Source: Penicillus capitatus
Taxonomy: Eukaryota; Plantae; Chlorophyta
DNA length: 64,000 nucleotides
Direction of reading: 5' to 3'
NCBI GenBank assembly: GCA_965649825.1
Contig: OZ287697.1
Coordinates: 1,162,251 to 1,226,250 of the forward strand
In this document: positions 11,190 to 23,976 of the stretch, one piece after another
Layout: each line of letters begins with the position of its first letter
Position numbering within the stretch: the stretch's first letter is position 1
Program-made: the position numbers and the translations under genes
Notes under the pieces: generated by a model
Seen by the model: the letters and a program-made list of their open reading frames with translations, nothing else
The model's database searches: none
What the model was told of the DNA's origin: nothing

Positions 11190-13153
11190 TCACATCGGTT
11201 TCGAGAAATCGTCTTTATCGCCTAGATGCTCACGCCTATCCGACGCCGATCCCCTCGTCGGTTGAAATCTGCAACACAGAGAAAGACCAGTGAGAGAACG
11301 CATATCTATAACACGAGCGTGCGACTTCATCGGTGGAACAGCGATGCCAGAATCGTCGCGACTCTTTGTCTTCGCACTCTCTTCTGCCACTCTCTGTCCG
11401 TTTCCGTCCTACAAGCAGCTGTCCCATCACAGCATGTCGGACACAATCGAATACGTACACGTGCTTTGCTCTCGTGTTTCACCAAACTATCGTCGTGGGT
11501 GCTTTCCTCTACCTACATTACAAGAGGGTGTTCCATAGCGACGTGTGATGTGACAGGTAGGACGTCATCGTGTTTCCTTTTCCTCGATCGCTGCTCTCCT
11601 GGCCGCTCCCTCGCAAAGGAGTTTGACAGAAGATGTGGAAAGGGCACAGCCGATTGTCCTTCTCGATGTCGATCAGGTTCTTGTTTCAACTTTGGCGGCG
11701 CCGAAATCGCCCGAAACGGAGAGACATCGCTCGGCAAGTCCCCTGTCCCATCAACTGTCCCATCATCCATCTCGACTAGAGATGGATCTCACGCATGAGC
11801 GATGGACGTTGAGGAGGCGGTCGAAAGTACTCCTCCAATCCATACCGTCTCCAATGGCACAGGAGATACCCACCGACGACGGACGGCTTGGAAGACCCCA
11901 CCTCCTTAGCTAATGCCTTGTAATTAAACCTACATCACACCACTGTCTCGCCACGTGTCCTGAGCGATCTGCTCAATCGCACCCGAATTTCTCCACAGCT
12001 TCTTTCAGCTCGGTATCGGTAAAACGCTCCGCCGAGTCATCCAATCGCGCTAGGACCCACGATTGAAGCTCCGAGGTGCGCTGCATCTCGCTCATATCAC
12101 GGATTAATGAATCGGATTTCAATACAGACCACATCCGCAAGCCACACGTCTCGCGATTGCTCTCCGATTGCAATCGACGTTTCTTTAGCTGATGCTTGCG
12201 TCGAATGGGTATGAAAATATCCGATTTTTTGTTCGCGTAGAAAAACTCAACGCATTCGCCCGTCGATCGATACGGAAGGCCCTTTGAAATTTGATAGAAG
12301 TCCTGCCCATGCTCGCGTTTCATCACCGGACGATGTGACAGATGTGACAGATGTGACTTGCCTTGGGGTACTCGATAAAACGCTCGAGAAAGATGCGAAT
12401 CTCTTCTGCCGCCCACGGGCGCTCTTCAAAGCTCGGTCGCATATCGATCTCGGGATTTCGCACGAGTCGATTTCGATCGATGAAAGGACGTTGAAACGTC
12501 GAATCGATTTGATCGGGAATCTGTTGCTGCATGTCACTGAGCAGCTCTTCTCCCCACAGTCCCAAGATCCGCTTCCACTCCTCATACTCCGACAAAGGAA
12601 AACGGTATTGTGTCCACATCGCTGGATGGCGTGGGGGATCAGGCTTGTGACGCAAGTACTGTTCAGCTATCGCTCGATCTTGTTCCTCCTGTTGCGCTCG
12701 CGATCGCCTCAGGAGCTCCATGACTTCGTCGTGCACGTCAGAGGGTGGGCAGACGGGAAGCTCAGGACGCGGAGGAGCTGTCACATCATCTTCGATCGGC
12801 ACAGCTGCCGGCGCGGCAATGCAACGCGGATCCGAAAACAGATCATTCGCATCGAACGCCGACCAGTTCACTCCTGTCACTTCAGAAGCCGCACGCGGAG
12901 CCGAGGCATCGTCACACAACGTCGCATCACGCGCCGCCTCGGATTCGAAGCTCTCAACCGAGAGCGTCCCGACAGGCGACTCCGGTGCGCACGGTATCTT
13001 GGCCCACGACCACGTCTCTTCGGCATTGCCGTCCCCCAGCACCGCCAGTTCCCCCTTTACACTCTCCTCTTCTTCCGTCAATCGACGCAACTGGCGTTCG
13101 ACTTCGCGCCGACGCATTTCGAGCGCACGTGCTTCGCCTTCGATCATTTCCAT
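11190..13153 (-). CDS. NCoR/SMRT/POWERDRESS(Snt1)-like double-SANT chromatin co-repressor-type protein
   Basis: FIDRNRLVRNP...W.AEEIRIFLERFIEYPK|DFYQISKGLPYRSTGECVEFFYANKKSD is the typical NCoR/PWR SANT1 with its upstream F-x-D-x-N-x-L-V motif. A second SANT-like unit reads AVEKFG|FNYKALAKEVGS...WRRYGLEEY. There are several short introns, including a GC-AG intron 12361-12303. Distal exon boundaries are approximate. Confidence 0.75.
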
Positions 13154-13350
13154 CGCGTTTGATATCGATCTTCCACGTCGATGCGTTTAAATGACCAGGA
13201 CCTCTGTACGACGTGCTATTGTTCTGAGACGACACGTTGCTTCTTCTCTCTGCACACGTTGCATCCAGTTGTTCGACGTACGGCATTTTTCAGGTCGCTA
13301 TCGTCTAAGACTTTCCATGGGGCACGGGTCGGCGTGTCTAGGTTGCCGTT

Positions 13351-14215
13351 ATGACAAGTGCTTATGCCCGAAGCGCCAGCGAGCCGCGACAGGGACGTGC
13401 CTATGCGCGTGAACGCGGCAACAGCGGCGGGACGTTCTGGAATCCCACAGCGCCTCGAGATTTGGACGCCGATTCGTGGAGGAGAGCCCCGACGGCAGAG
13501 AATCCTGTAACGCGTGGTGCTCCTACGTCTCGTGGTGCGTCGCGTGAAGAGAGGGATCGGTCACGTGGCCGCATCGAACGCCCACCCTCGCGCGGCTCCG
13601 GTGGAGAATACCGCCATTCTTCCTATTCCAGTGGCGGGTCGCGTTATCCTAACAATTACAGAGGACGCGGACGGGGACGTAGCGGTGGTGGACCGCGTAT
13701 GACCGAAGGTCCAATGGCTGGAGACATGAATGGACGTGGCGTCATGTCTTATCGCCATCCTTATCCGAGGTATGAGCTGCTGCTGTCACATCATGGACTG
13801 TGTGAAAGGTGTGACCTGCCAGATATGGTGCGCCGCCGTCTGGAGGAACACAGTTTTTCTCTCCACTGACGTCGCCCCCTCCTGCCGTCGACAACACGAA
13901 ATTTAATGCCGCAGAGGCCTTGGCGTTGTTTGCCGGTCGTTGGCAGTCCGTTTCCGACGACTTAAATAACAAATCGCTGCCGTCAGATCTTAAACCTACT
14001 GTTTATAAAGTCCGTCACACATTTCTCACACTTTTGCTTTTCACACCATCGCGTTCTAGGCCGATACGGCTCCAACAAGCGTCTGGGATCAGTCCAAGGT
14101 CCATGTTCAGGCAGCCATTACAGATTTCTTATCAGATCTGAAGGCAGTCATTGAACGCGATCAGAAGAGTCAAACAGAAGCAGAGACAGACCCTTCACAG
14201 CAATCGGAAGCATAG
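13351..14215 (+). CDS. RGG/SR-rich low-complexity, probably RNA-binding protein with a short helical C-terminal domain
   Basis: Three exons (introns about 13770-13822 and 14011-14060). R/G/S-rich N-terminus with YRGRGRGRSGGG, then FNAAEALALFAGRWQSV...ITDFLSDLK. Divergent from the SANT gene across 197 bp. Confidence 0.6.
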
Positions 14216-14307
14216 GTTGGCTTCTCACACTTTCGATGTGTGAGAGAGTTGGTGCTGAACTCATGCTGTGTACAACAACTGCCTCTGCTGGCTTGTTCGT
14301 CATTTGA

Positions 14308-15164
14308 TTAGTCCGTCGCCATCTCAGTCGTGTCGTTTTCATCCGGTCCCCTCCACCACGTCAGTGGACCGAGTCCTGTCGTCGAGATCTCCCCAAAGAC
14401 CTGCAGCCGCCGCCACTTCTCGGCAGCTTCCCATCGACAACGCACCTGCATCAGAGCGAACGGCTTTTCTTCCGTACCGGACAGCGGATCCTTTTCTGGA
14501 AAAGAGTGAGAGAGTGACGGATGCCGACAGCAACTTACCCCTCTGCAACTGGATCTCTTCCTGCGAAGGCGTGTCGTTGAATCTGACGGAGGTCACTTTG
14601 AAACGCACGTCGTCTTCGATCTCCATATACATCTGATTCGTCTCGCCTTCGTCATTCGTATAGTTCCAAAACCACACTCCTGATTCTCCCTCTCACTCCC
14701 TCTCACTCTTTTTGTGGCGGCGCACCTTCCTGCTCGTCGTAGAAAGACGGCTCGGGTAGGTAATGCTCAGGAATGTGGATGTCTTCGAAGAATCCCATCG
14801 TCAGCTGCAGTCCTTCACTGATGTGACAGGACGAACGATGTGTCCTCTCTTTGCACAGATCGTCCCCCATCATGTCATCTCACCTGGATTCCTTCTTGAC
14901 CTTGGCAATGAGGATCTCGCCGACGAAAGGTCGAAAGACGACCGCGCGGAATTCGACTTTGAACCACACGCCGCCGTCGTTCGGGTAGACGATGCCCGTC
15001 TCGACGCGAAGAATGTCATAGAGTGTGACACAGAGGCCAAGATCGGGGACGATGCGATCGAGGAGGGTTCGTTCGAGAACCGATGCGACCGCCGCCGCAC
15101 GCGGACGTTCGAGATCCTGCGGATCGACGCGGACGTGCTCTTCTAATCGCGACAGGACAAACAT
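14308..15164 (-). CDS. POLR3H: RNA polymerase III subunit RPC8/C25
   Basis: Five exons: MFVLSRLEEHVRVDP...GLCVTLYDI...GIVYPNDG.VWFKVEFRAVVFRPFVGEILIAKV|EGLQLTMGFFEDIHIP..YLPEPS.YDE.E|VWFWNY...QMYMEIEDDVRFKV|...|GEISTTGLGPLTWW. It is collinear with POLR3H from start to end. Confidence 0.93.
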
Positions 15165-15307
15165 CGTCGAAATGACGTCGATGATCGCGGCCTGCGTCGT
15201 GCACCCAGGTCGGCAGTTCTTGGGCACAACACTCGGCCGAGGCAGGAAAACACACCGGCGATATGTGACCCGACGTAGGACACCTTCGCAGCAGCTTCCG
15301 TCTCTTC

Positions 15308-16237
15308 ATGGCTGGAAGTGTAGTGTGCGGATTGCGAGAGAGTGACCGGGAAGGCAGAGAAGGTGGCGAGGTGACCGAAGGTCGGCAGTTGAGTGCAGAG
15401 GTCGTCGTATACAGTTCAACGGTGGTTCTGACGTTCGGGACGTTCTGCACGTGGTTTCTGTTTCGCGATGCTATCGAAGATGTCGTCTATGGCGGACGCC
15501 TTTTCTCACTCTTCGGTAAGATCTCACTCTTTTAGGGTTCTGATATGACGTCTTCGGTCACAGAGACGTCGATTTCGTTGGGAGATGTGACGGCCGTGAT
15601 CCTGTGGACCGTCGCCTACTACTTCGCCAGTCCTTTGCAGCTTTTGCTCGTTTTCTTGGGTCGATTCGAAGTGGATCGCCCGTCGGACTGGATTCTCTAT
15701 CGACTAGGCACCCTCCTCAACCGACCGTAACCCCTGGCCGATCGCCACACGACTCACTGGATGACGCTCTTTTCCAGGGTTGACGACGGGTCCTATGTTC
15801 CGGGGCCAGATCTCTATGCTTCGATGATCGGTGTGATCGTTGGGTTGGGATTGGCAACGGCTGCTGGATTGAAAGTGGCCTTCGGCGGTGCGACGTGGGG
15901 CGTCAGTACTGGACTCGGTGCGTGTATGGCGGCAGGGGTGTTCGAGGTGAGCCGTCCGCAGAGAATCTCGGCCGGGGAGAAAGAGATCCTCGACGCTCAG
16001 TTTGAAGATTTTGTTCGATTCGCGGGGACGAGACTCCAGCGATCGGGATCCTGCCACGAATCCGAAATCTTCCGGGCGTTCCGAACAGAAGTGCCTGGGT
16101 ACAGAGACAAAGAGGCGCTGACAGATTTCACCCTGCGTCAGTTCGTTCAACAATGGGCTCCCGGAATCAAGCGAACGAGCAACGGCTTCTTCAAAACGCT
16201 TTCGTTACTACCTCGAGTGGATCCTTTTGGAGAGTGA
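15308..16237 (+). CDS. Multi-pass membrane protein, probably of an algal/cyanobacterial-derived conserved family
   Basis: Spliced ORFs 15308-15516, about 15536-15725 and about 15778-16237. The segments LWTVAYYFASPLQ...PSDWILYRLG and TWGVSTGLGACMAAGVFEVSRP resemble, from memory, a cyanobacterial hypothetical membrane protein (LWSLALY.GFSP..EW...QL / WAIS.G...C.G.GVYELGR). Start codon uncertain. Confidence 0.55.
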
Positions 16238-16628
16238 TGTCACACTTTTTCTATATGTAAACTTTGAACGGTTGTTGAGAATACGCGTCGAAAAGAGTGA
16301 GATCAACAGTTGCCTGCTCGACGGGATACATGTCGCTATCAGACCATGAGGTTTAGGCGCGCCTTCGCACAGCAGCAGATAGATAGCTCAACGATACGCG
16401 CGCGCTGCAGTACGTTTGAAAAGGTCTTTTCATAGGTCTTATGATGGAAACGCGGTATGCCTTGCTGATTGCGTATTATGGATTACGTTGCGACTACGCG
16501 GCTATGAATTCGTCATCAACGAATTCCCTGGCGCCACTTGCTATCTATCATCGTCAACAGCTGTTTCCGCGTTAAAAAGCATCTGTTCCTGAGACCTCCT
16601 GTCTAGGCGTTTAACTGTTTATACCTTC

Positions 16629-19600
16629 ATGCGACACATGAAAACACTTTTGCTTGCCTATTTCGTAACGTGCCGCGTCTTCTGTCCAGTCGGAGCTCGT
16701 GAAGCAGCCGCAAAGCACTCCGTGCCTTCTCACAGCACAACTTTGCGCTCTGAGTTTTTGACGCACGAGACTGCGAAGAAAGAACGTCCATCTATTGCTC
16801 GGCGAGGTCAGAGTGAGAACCATTCTCTGCGACAAGACGATGATGATCTCAACGACGAAGCTCCTGCAAGTGAGACAGACCCATGTACTCCTCGAGAACT
16901 CTTCTTTGACTCAAGTGTTTCCTGTTTTGACAGGCCTTCCTTGTTCGCTGAGTGAGCAAACCATCGGAGACCATCTGAGTGTAGAGACGCGAACGTGGAA
17001 TATAGACCGTTCGCTTCTCGGTCACGTTGAAGATGACATCCAAGTCATTGTCAACTGTACGAAGCCAGGCGACGTCCTCTCCTTTCGTGTGAAGCGCAGA
17101 ATCCGGCCGCCTTCACGCATCGTCATACCATGGGCACTAACGCTGTCTTCTACAGTAGACAGTTCCGAGATCGATGAAGGCGTGTTCCAGCGTTCCGAAG
17201 TAAAGACGACCTTTACCTGTCCGAACAGAAGAGAGGGTGTCTTCTTGGTGAAGTGAGATTCGAATTCTCGCATCTGCTGTTGTCTGATGTTGATCTCGCT
17301 TTCAGGTCGGAGAATGTGACATTAGCCAATCTTATTTTCGAAGGCTGTGCCTTCGACATGACGAACGGCGGTGAGAAGGACGCTATCGTCAGCGTCGACG
17401 TCGATGTCTGTGCCTCATCACATTCAGACAGCGTGGTACGTCTCCACCATGTCGATTTTCGAGATAATATCCTCGCCGAGAACAACGCCATCCGAGTGCC
17501 CTCGACACCATCATGCGCGAATCTGGAACTGATCGACTTTGGTTTCGAAGACAACACCTGCACCGGTCCATGCATCGTCTTCCCGGTGACTCAAAGCAGT
17601 CAGCTGCGCGATATCAGAGTCCAGAACATCTCGTCATCGGGAGAGACTGCCGACGCCACGACCGTCTTTTGGGGACCTCCTGGTTCGAAGATTGAAACCA
17701 CATGGCTGACAGCAGCCAACAACACGATCCAGATCTTCCGCATCGAAGACGGGACGCTGGTACTGAAGGACTCGAAGTTAACAAACAACAGCGCGAGAGT
17801 TGGAAGTCCAGTTTACCTGACAAAGTCCAAGGCACAGTTCAGAAACGTCAGCTTCACTGGAAACGACTTGTCTCACAGCGCTGGATCGATCATGTCGGAC
17901 AACTCGACGATCCGCATAGATAACTGCACTTTTTCAAATGGCACTGTTGCTGAATTCGGCGGATTCATCGATGCCGAAGAGAATTCTCTGGTGACCATCC
18001 GTGAGTCGATCTTCAATCGTGGTCGAGCGAAGGAGGGTGGATGTCTCCGGGCGCATCTCTCGGAACTCACACTTCTTGATGTGACGTTGCGAGAGTGTCA
18101 TTCCGTGATCGATGGAGCAGCGATGTTTCTTTCCAATGTGACTGCCGATATCACGAATACCGTCATGGAATCGAACAGAGCTCTGGATGACGGCGGATGC
18201 CTGCACTTGCACTTTTCTGATGTCCGAGGAAAGGGATGGAGAGCGACCAACAACTCGGCTGGCGACCATGGAGGGGTCATACGATCAGACCTAAGCACCA
18301 CGATCCATCTCACCAACTCCGTTTTCCTCCACAATTGGGCAGACAGAGGGGGAGTCATGTCTCAGGAGTTGAATTCCGTCGTCAGTTTCACAAGTGTTTC
18401 GTTCGTCAACAACTCTGCTGTGACAGAGGGTGGTGCGTTCTATGTCGCTGAGTCGACGACGATTCTCAACGACTGTGCTTCCGATGACAGCAGAGCTGAG
18501 GATGGCGGATTCCTGTTTGCAAGGACGAATGCCACAGTGAACATCACCGCGTCGATCATGAGACATGGCACCGCGAGACGTGGCGGCTGTCTGCTCGCTC
18601 TCGACGGATCTGTGAGTGTTCAGAACTCGGCGCTGGAGGATTGCGTGTCCAACGAGGACGGCGGGGCCATGCACCTACGCAACATCGCAGCACACATCTC
18701 GAATTCCCGCTTCCTATCGAATCGCGCAGAGGATAGTGGAGGAGCCGTCTTCGCCGATGAGAAGACCCATCTCGACGGAGGTGAATGGAGGATTGAAGAC
18801 AACAGTGCCGGAGGCGATGGAGGAGGCGTTTGGCTGAAGCACTCTACGATCCAAGTGAAGGACTCTCTCTTCCGAAACAACTTTGCTGTCCACGGCGGCG
18901 CTGTGCATCAGAGCTCTTCCTCGAATGGAACGTTCTTCAATGCGACGATGGTAAAGAACACATGCTCAGGGCGCGGCGGCGCCTTCTTCACCGTCGATTC
19001 GTCGAAGCTGAGTATCTCGGCCTCCACGTTTCGTGGTGGAAGCGCAGAAGAATACGGTGGGTTTCTTGCAGCCATCTCGAAGAGCTCTGTCGATTTAGAG
19101 CACACGATCATGGCAAAAGGACACGCGACGAATGGAGGAGCCGTTTTCCTGTCCGACAGTCTCTTTGAAGGGGATCATCTTAACATCACCGAATGTGTTG
19201 CCGATTCAACTGGCGGGGCACTCTTCTTCGAATCTATGAACATCACAATGCTCACAGTTGGACTTGATCACTCCATCGTGCAGAACAACAGAGCGCGTCT
19301 AGGAGGTAAGGGAAGGGGCCCGACGCCCGTTTCTCATGCATTCAATGTGTGTCTAAGGAGGCCTGTACATGACAAACAGCAATGGACACCTGTGTGCCGA
19401 TGGCCACTCCGATTGCTTTTTCGTTACTTTAATGAACACGAGTTTCGTGAACAACAGCGCCGAATATGCGGGAGGCGCCATCTTTACGAGCAGCTCTAGG
19501 AACGTTGGCATCAGTTGTGACAGCGAGGCAGACGATGGCGCAGAGAATTCATCATTGTTACTGGCAGAAGCGTTGAATCTGACGATACCCATCTGTCCAT

Positions 19601-21999
19601 CGTGGAGAGACAACACGGCCAGCTACTACGGTCCTGTCATTGCCTCGTTTGCATCGCAGGCCAACGTCATCATCCACGGAAGCAGCATCACCAGTTCAGA
19701 GGACAGTCCTCTATACATGTACAGAAGCGGCTCGCCGCTTTCCATCGGCCTCGAAGTCCGAGATGACTTTGATCAAGGCCCTGCTGTGGGGAGGAATAAC
19801 CGTGTGGTTTCGAGCTCCGTCTCCTCTCCAGATATCCTCTTCTCGGGGAATCACACAATCCTTTTGGAGTCCTTCACTGCCGAACTCAACGTAACTGGAT
19901 TCGCGAAGCCTGGGAACTATACCGTTCTCATCGATTTTAATGAAGAGAACCTCGACAGCGTGGTGATCAAGTTTGAGGTGCAGAAGTGTGCCATCGGCGA
20001 AGTGTCTCTAGGAGGTGGCACTCTTTGTGAGCCCTGCAGTACGACGACCTACAATTTTAACCCAGACGAGGATCACTCGTGCAAGGAGTGTCCCGAGAAC
20101 GGGATCTGCACCACCAGAGTTATCCTACCCGACCGAGGCTACTGGCATCCGACCCCTTGCTCAACACACATCCAGAAATGCCTTTCGACGGACGCCTGTG
20201 ACGCCGACAACCGCCGGCAGACATTGGAAGGGCTCACAAAGGATGTGGAATCCTGTGACTTCAACGAAACGTTCCTCAAGAACTACACACAAGCGCAGTG
20301 CAGTGAAGTGAGCACTGTGTTTGGCTGTGAGCCGCAACCTTGACTGCTATATTGCTGACAGGGTTATGCAGGACCGCTCTGCGGATCTTGCGAGAAATCG
20401 CACGGAAGCTGTCTATCCTCCAAGTGTCAGAAGTGTCCTGCAGCAATCAGCAATGTCATGGTGATCTGCTCTTCGGCAGTGATCCTGCTTGTATTGTGCG
20501 GCATTACGATGAGAGGGACACTAAGTACGACATGCACCCAACGGATGATGCTGTCCGGCGACAGAAAGATTCACCGCAACATCAAACTTGAAGACCTCTC
20601 TCTGCCAAGCACAACGAAACTGCCGGAGATACAACCGTCAGCATCGCACAAGATCGATGGACCGGATGAACACACCGAAATGCCTGGCGTCAGCGAAGCG
20701 ACGATGGCCCAATGGAAGGCGATCGAGATGTTCAAGGTATGACAGTCCCACACCATCTATTCTTCGGAGATGACTGGAATGACAGATAACGCTGAACTAC
20801 CTTCAAGTCACGGTACTGATTGCATCTCTCAACGTCGGATGGGCCGTTCCTGTCCTCATCGTGGCAGAGACGACAGGTACTTAGCTGTCTCAATCCGCCA
20901 TCTCGGCCGATCGATCGTCGTTGCGTGCGATGCAGAATTCTTCGGAGGACTCGCTGTCGAGAGCATCCGGCGTTCTGTGATCTGTCTTGGCAACGAAGAC
21001 CAGTCCCTGCATCCGACTGTGTGGGCCTCGGTCGTGGGCGCCTGTCTCATTCCCGTTTTCGCATTCCTGCTGCTCGTTGCATTCTGGATGACAGTGGCAT
21101 TCCTCCATCAAGTCCAGCAGCCACTCCGTTACATCGCGCAGAGATCCTTGCTTGCACTCATGGCACTGTGGTACATCACTTCTGTCCCCGTGATCAAGAC
21201 CACACTCAGCGTTGTCCTTTGCGTAAGCGCGTATAATATCCTGGACGCCACGGCAGAAGCCGAAGAGATCAGCTACTGGGCAGTGGACACGAGTCTGAGA
21301 TGCTTTGACGGGCAACACTTGACGCTAGTGATCTGGATTCTCCTGTTTGTCAGCGTCGTCTACGGTGGACTGCTCATCGTCTTTATCTCCATCCTTGCAG
21401 CGGCCAAGAAGCTGCTCGAGCAACCAGGCAGCTGGGTCTATCGAACGACTGGATTTCTGTACCGCGGCTACGGATCTGGATGGCGGCGCTACTGGGAAGT
21501 CGCCATCGTGCTAAGGAAGGCGATGATTGCGTTTCTGGTGTTCTGCGCCCATCTCTTTGACAGTCTGTTCCCCATCACTTGCGCTGCTGTTGTTATCATG
21601 CTTGCGATGGGGGCGCAGATTGTGGTGATGCCCTACAGACAGGAATTTCGTGTCCTGAACAGAATCGACGTGTCCGCCCTCTTCGTCTCGCATCTGACGA
21701 TTATGATCGCCAGTATGCTGAAGAGTGAGCGTCTTACCGACGAGTGGCGTGGCTTAGCACTCTCAAGCATCTGTGCCGTGCTCAATATCTCCACCTTCCT
21801 CGTCCTTCTCTCTTTTCTTTTCAACGATGGTGTGCATTGCATAAGGCTCTCCATGATCGAATGCGGAACGCACATCGATGCAGATGCCGGATCGTGGCGA
21901 GTTCTGGAGATCTGGATGCGCACCAATATCCAACTGTTGGTCGATTCTACGCGATTCGACAAAACTTATGATCATTCGAGTCTTTCTTCTGGCGTGTGA
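16629..21999 (+). CDS. Copy A: beta-helix (Pmp-like GGAI/FxxN) / Cys-rich / multi-pass membrane receptor-like protein, subfamily 1
   Basis: Eight exons spliced in frame by eye (intron 1 16870-16933, intron 2 17253-17305, intron 4 donor 20308). Contains a signal peptide, GGA[IVL]/GG.[LF] and F..N.A repeats, an Ig-like segment (GFAKPGNY), C-x-x-C...C..CP.NG.C...I.P..GYW, GY.GPLCG.C, and a TM region with GFLY..Y...YWE..I..RK and PY....N..D. Confidence 0.85.
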
Positions 22000-22136
22000 C
22001 GGTTCTGTGGCCGACAGATGCCTCTTTGGTTTTAGAATAAATGACGGGGTAAAGCGACGTGCTGTTTCTGACCACAATAATCCGACTCTTTTCACGCCTT
22101 CTGCGCACCACCACCCGCGTCTTGTATAACAGAAGA

Positions 22137-22165
22137 TCGGTGTTCGGTGTTCGGTGTTCGGTGTT
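22137..22165. repeat. Short 7-bp tandem repeat (TCGGTGT)n
   Basis: tcggtgttcggtgttcggtgttcggtgtt downstream of copy A. Confidence 0.85.
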
Positions 22166-22399
22166 TGCTTAGAACAGACATTGTTTCATTAACCTGCTAC
22201 AGTGAAGATGATCCCCTGAATTCAGCCGTACAGCAACCCTGTGCAAATAGCTGTCTGCATTATGAAGTGGCTTACATGATGTGACGTTTGTATAAATAGC
22301 CAGATGCCTAAACACGAAGATCTTGCACTCAACCGGAGAGTTTAATTTGGAGCATATCCTGTTTCTGTAAGCCAGATTCTCATATATTCTCTTTCGCCG

Positions 22400-22720
22400 T
22401 ATCGGTACCTATAACTGAGACTTGTTAGAGAACAAGAGAGACGGATCTGAAACATGCCCCATTGTTGCTGGATGTTGTCGACTGGTGTCCAGTTTCGTGA
22501 ATTCGCCATTTGACGCTATCTTAGCGTCTGTCGAGTACTGTCGACAAGTCGTCATCAACTGCATCGACGTAAGCGACGTGTCCATTCTCTGACATCCACT
22601 GATGCATTCGACCATCTGCTTTAGTCGTCATCTCGCCGAACCCGGTCGCCAACGTCGAGATCTCAAACGAAAAGGCTTCCCTTAACGACAACGCACCGAA
22701 CGTCCGTCGAATCGGCAGCT
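22400..22720 (-). pseudogene. Small remnant homologous to the pseudogene-associated segment at 47375-47480
   Basis: The reverse complement of 22600-22720 (gattcgacggacgttcggtgc...gacgttggcgacc.ggttcgg...agcagatggtcgaatgca) matches 47375-47487 and, over 20 bp, 31506-31525. Confidence 0.45.
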
Positions 22721-23976
22721 AGGGAAAGAGATCGGGCATAAAGCCAAAGGCACCGTCCATCACCGATTGTCTCGCCTTCCGCAATCCACCCGGCAGCACG
22801 CAGAAGCTTGCACCGGCCAAATGCTCCCTGTTTGCCGCAATCCTCTGTCTCTGCAGTGACCCGTTCCTTTGTCGGTTTTCCTTTCGGCTCAGACTGGCGG
22901 CTTGATTGCAGGTCTGAATACACAGCGTGAATGAAGACTTCTGCCATCCATTTCGAATGTCTGTACCTTTGCTCTCCGCTGCGGATGTCTTGATGTTGAC
23001 TGTCTTTGCAGAGGGTGCGCGTTGTGAACACGTCGTCCCTGTCGATTCCAGAATCGCAGAAGTCGACTTCGAAGGCGACCACTTCCAGACCTCGTGCCTC
23101 GTTCCACGGCCATGTGTCTCGAATTCTCTGCCATCGTTGGGTCGAGGCATCATGGTGCGTGCGCCTGTCAGAAACATCATCATCGCGGATCCATTCTCCC
23201 GCGTCAATTCTGGCCAACAGATATAGTGAGAGGCTCCATTGCTGCCCCTCTGTAGCGTAACCTGGCTGACAGATTACAAACACCAGCAACTCCTGTGAGT
23301 TGTTCAAGGGAAACGAGTGAAGGTTTGTGAAGGACGAGCACTCCAGGCGAAACCATCTCGCATTCTGTCAGGGGCTGGAGTCTTGTGCGACGATGGGCAC
23401 ATCATCTCATTGTCTTTATGATTGATACCATGTGCTGGACATATGTGATCCTTGCGTGCTTTCGTGTGATTCGCAAGTCGTTGCCTTTAAAACGAGATTT
23501 CCAACGATGCAAACCTCTTTTCATCGTACTCGCGTTCTGTTACGATCTTGCGTCTCAGATGCGATTCTAGAATCTTCTTCATATGCAGTGCAGTCTTCTG
23601 TAGTACCTCAGATGTCTGACTCGACAGACAGACATGCGTCTCGCCTTCGATCAGGCGAAACCAGAGAGGCAATGAAGTAAGCGTCAGGAACGTTCTCCTC
23701 CTCAGTTCCTCTGGAATCAGAATCTCGAGATGTCACTCGTACGAGTCAGGTAATCATTGCTGCCAGTCTACATCCACGAAACGCCGATTGCCGTTCATCG
23801 AGACGGACGACAGCTGAATCACACACCAAAGAGACACTTTTGCTTAAACACTTTCCATTCACAGTTGATGTCCTGTGACGATGCCAAAAATCATTCAAAC
23901 AATGAAAGGTGAGACGGTTTCAATCGCCTTCCTATTCCCAATACACAGAAAGAGATCTAAAAATCGATAAAGCACT

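Noticed and set aside
15172-15345. Alternative start for the membrane protein only 7 bp from the POLR3H start codon (transit-peptide-like MTSMIAACVV...)
   Set aside because: It needs an unsupported splice to join the downstream frame. The ATG at 15308 is in frame and leaves a 143-bp spacer like the other divergent pairs. It is not fully excluded.
16870-16933. Apparent frameshift near the 5' end of copies A and B (two overlapping ORFs), suggesting pseudogenes or programmed frameshifting
   Set aside because: A phase-1 GT-AG intron (64 nt in A, 61 nt in B, 60 nt and stop-free in D) at the same position restores the frame in all three.
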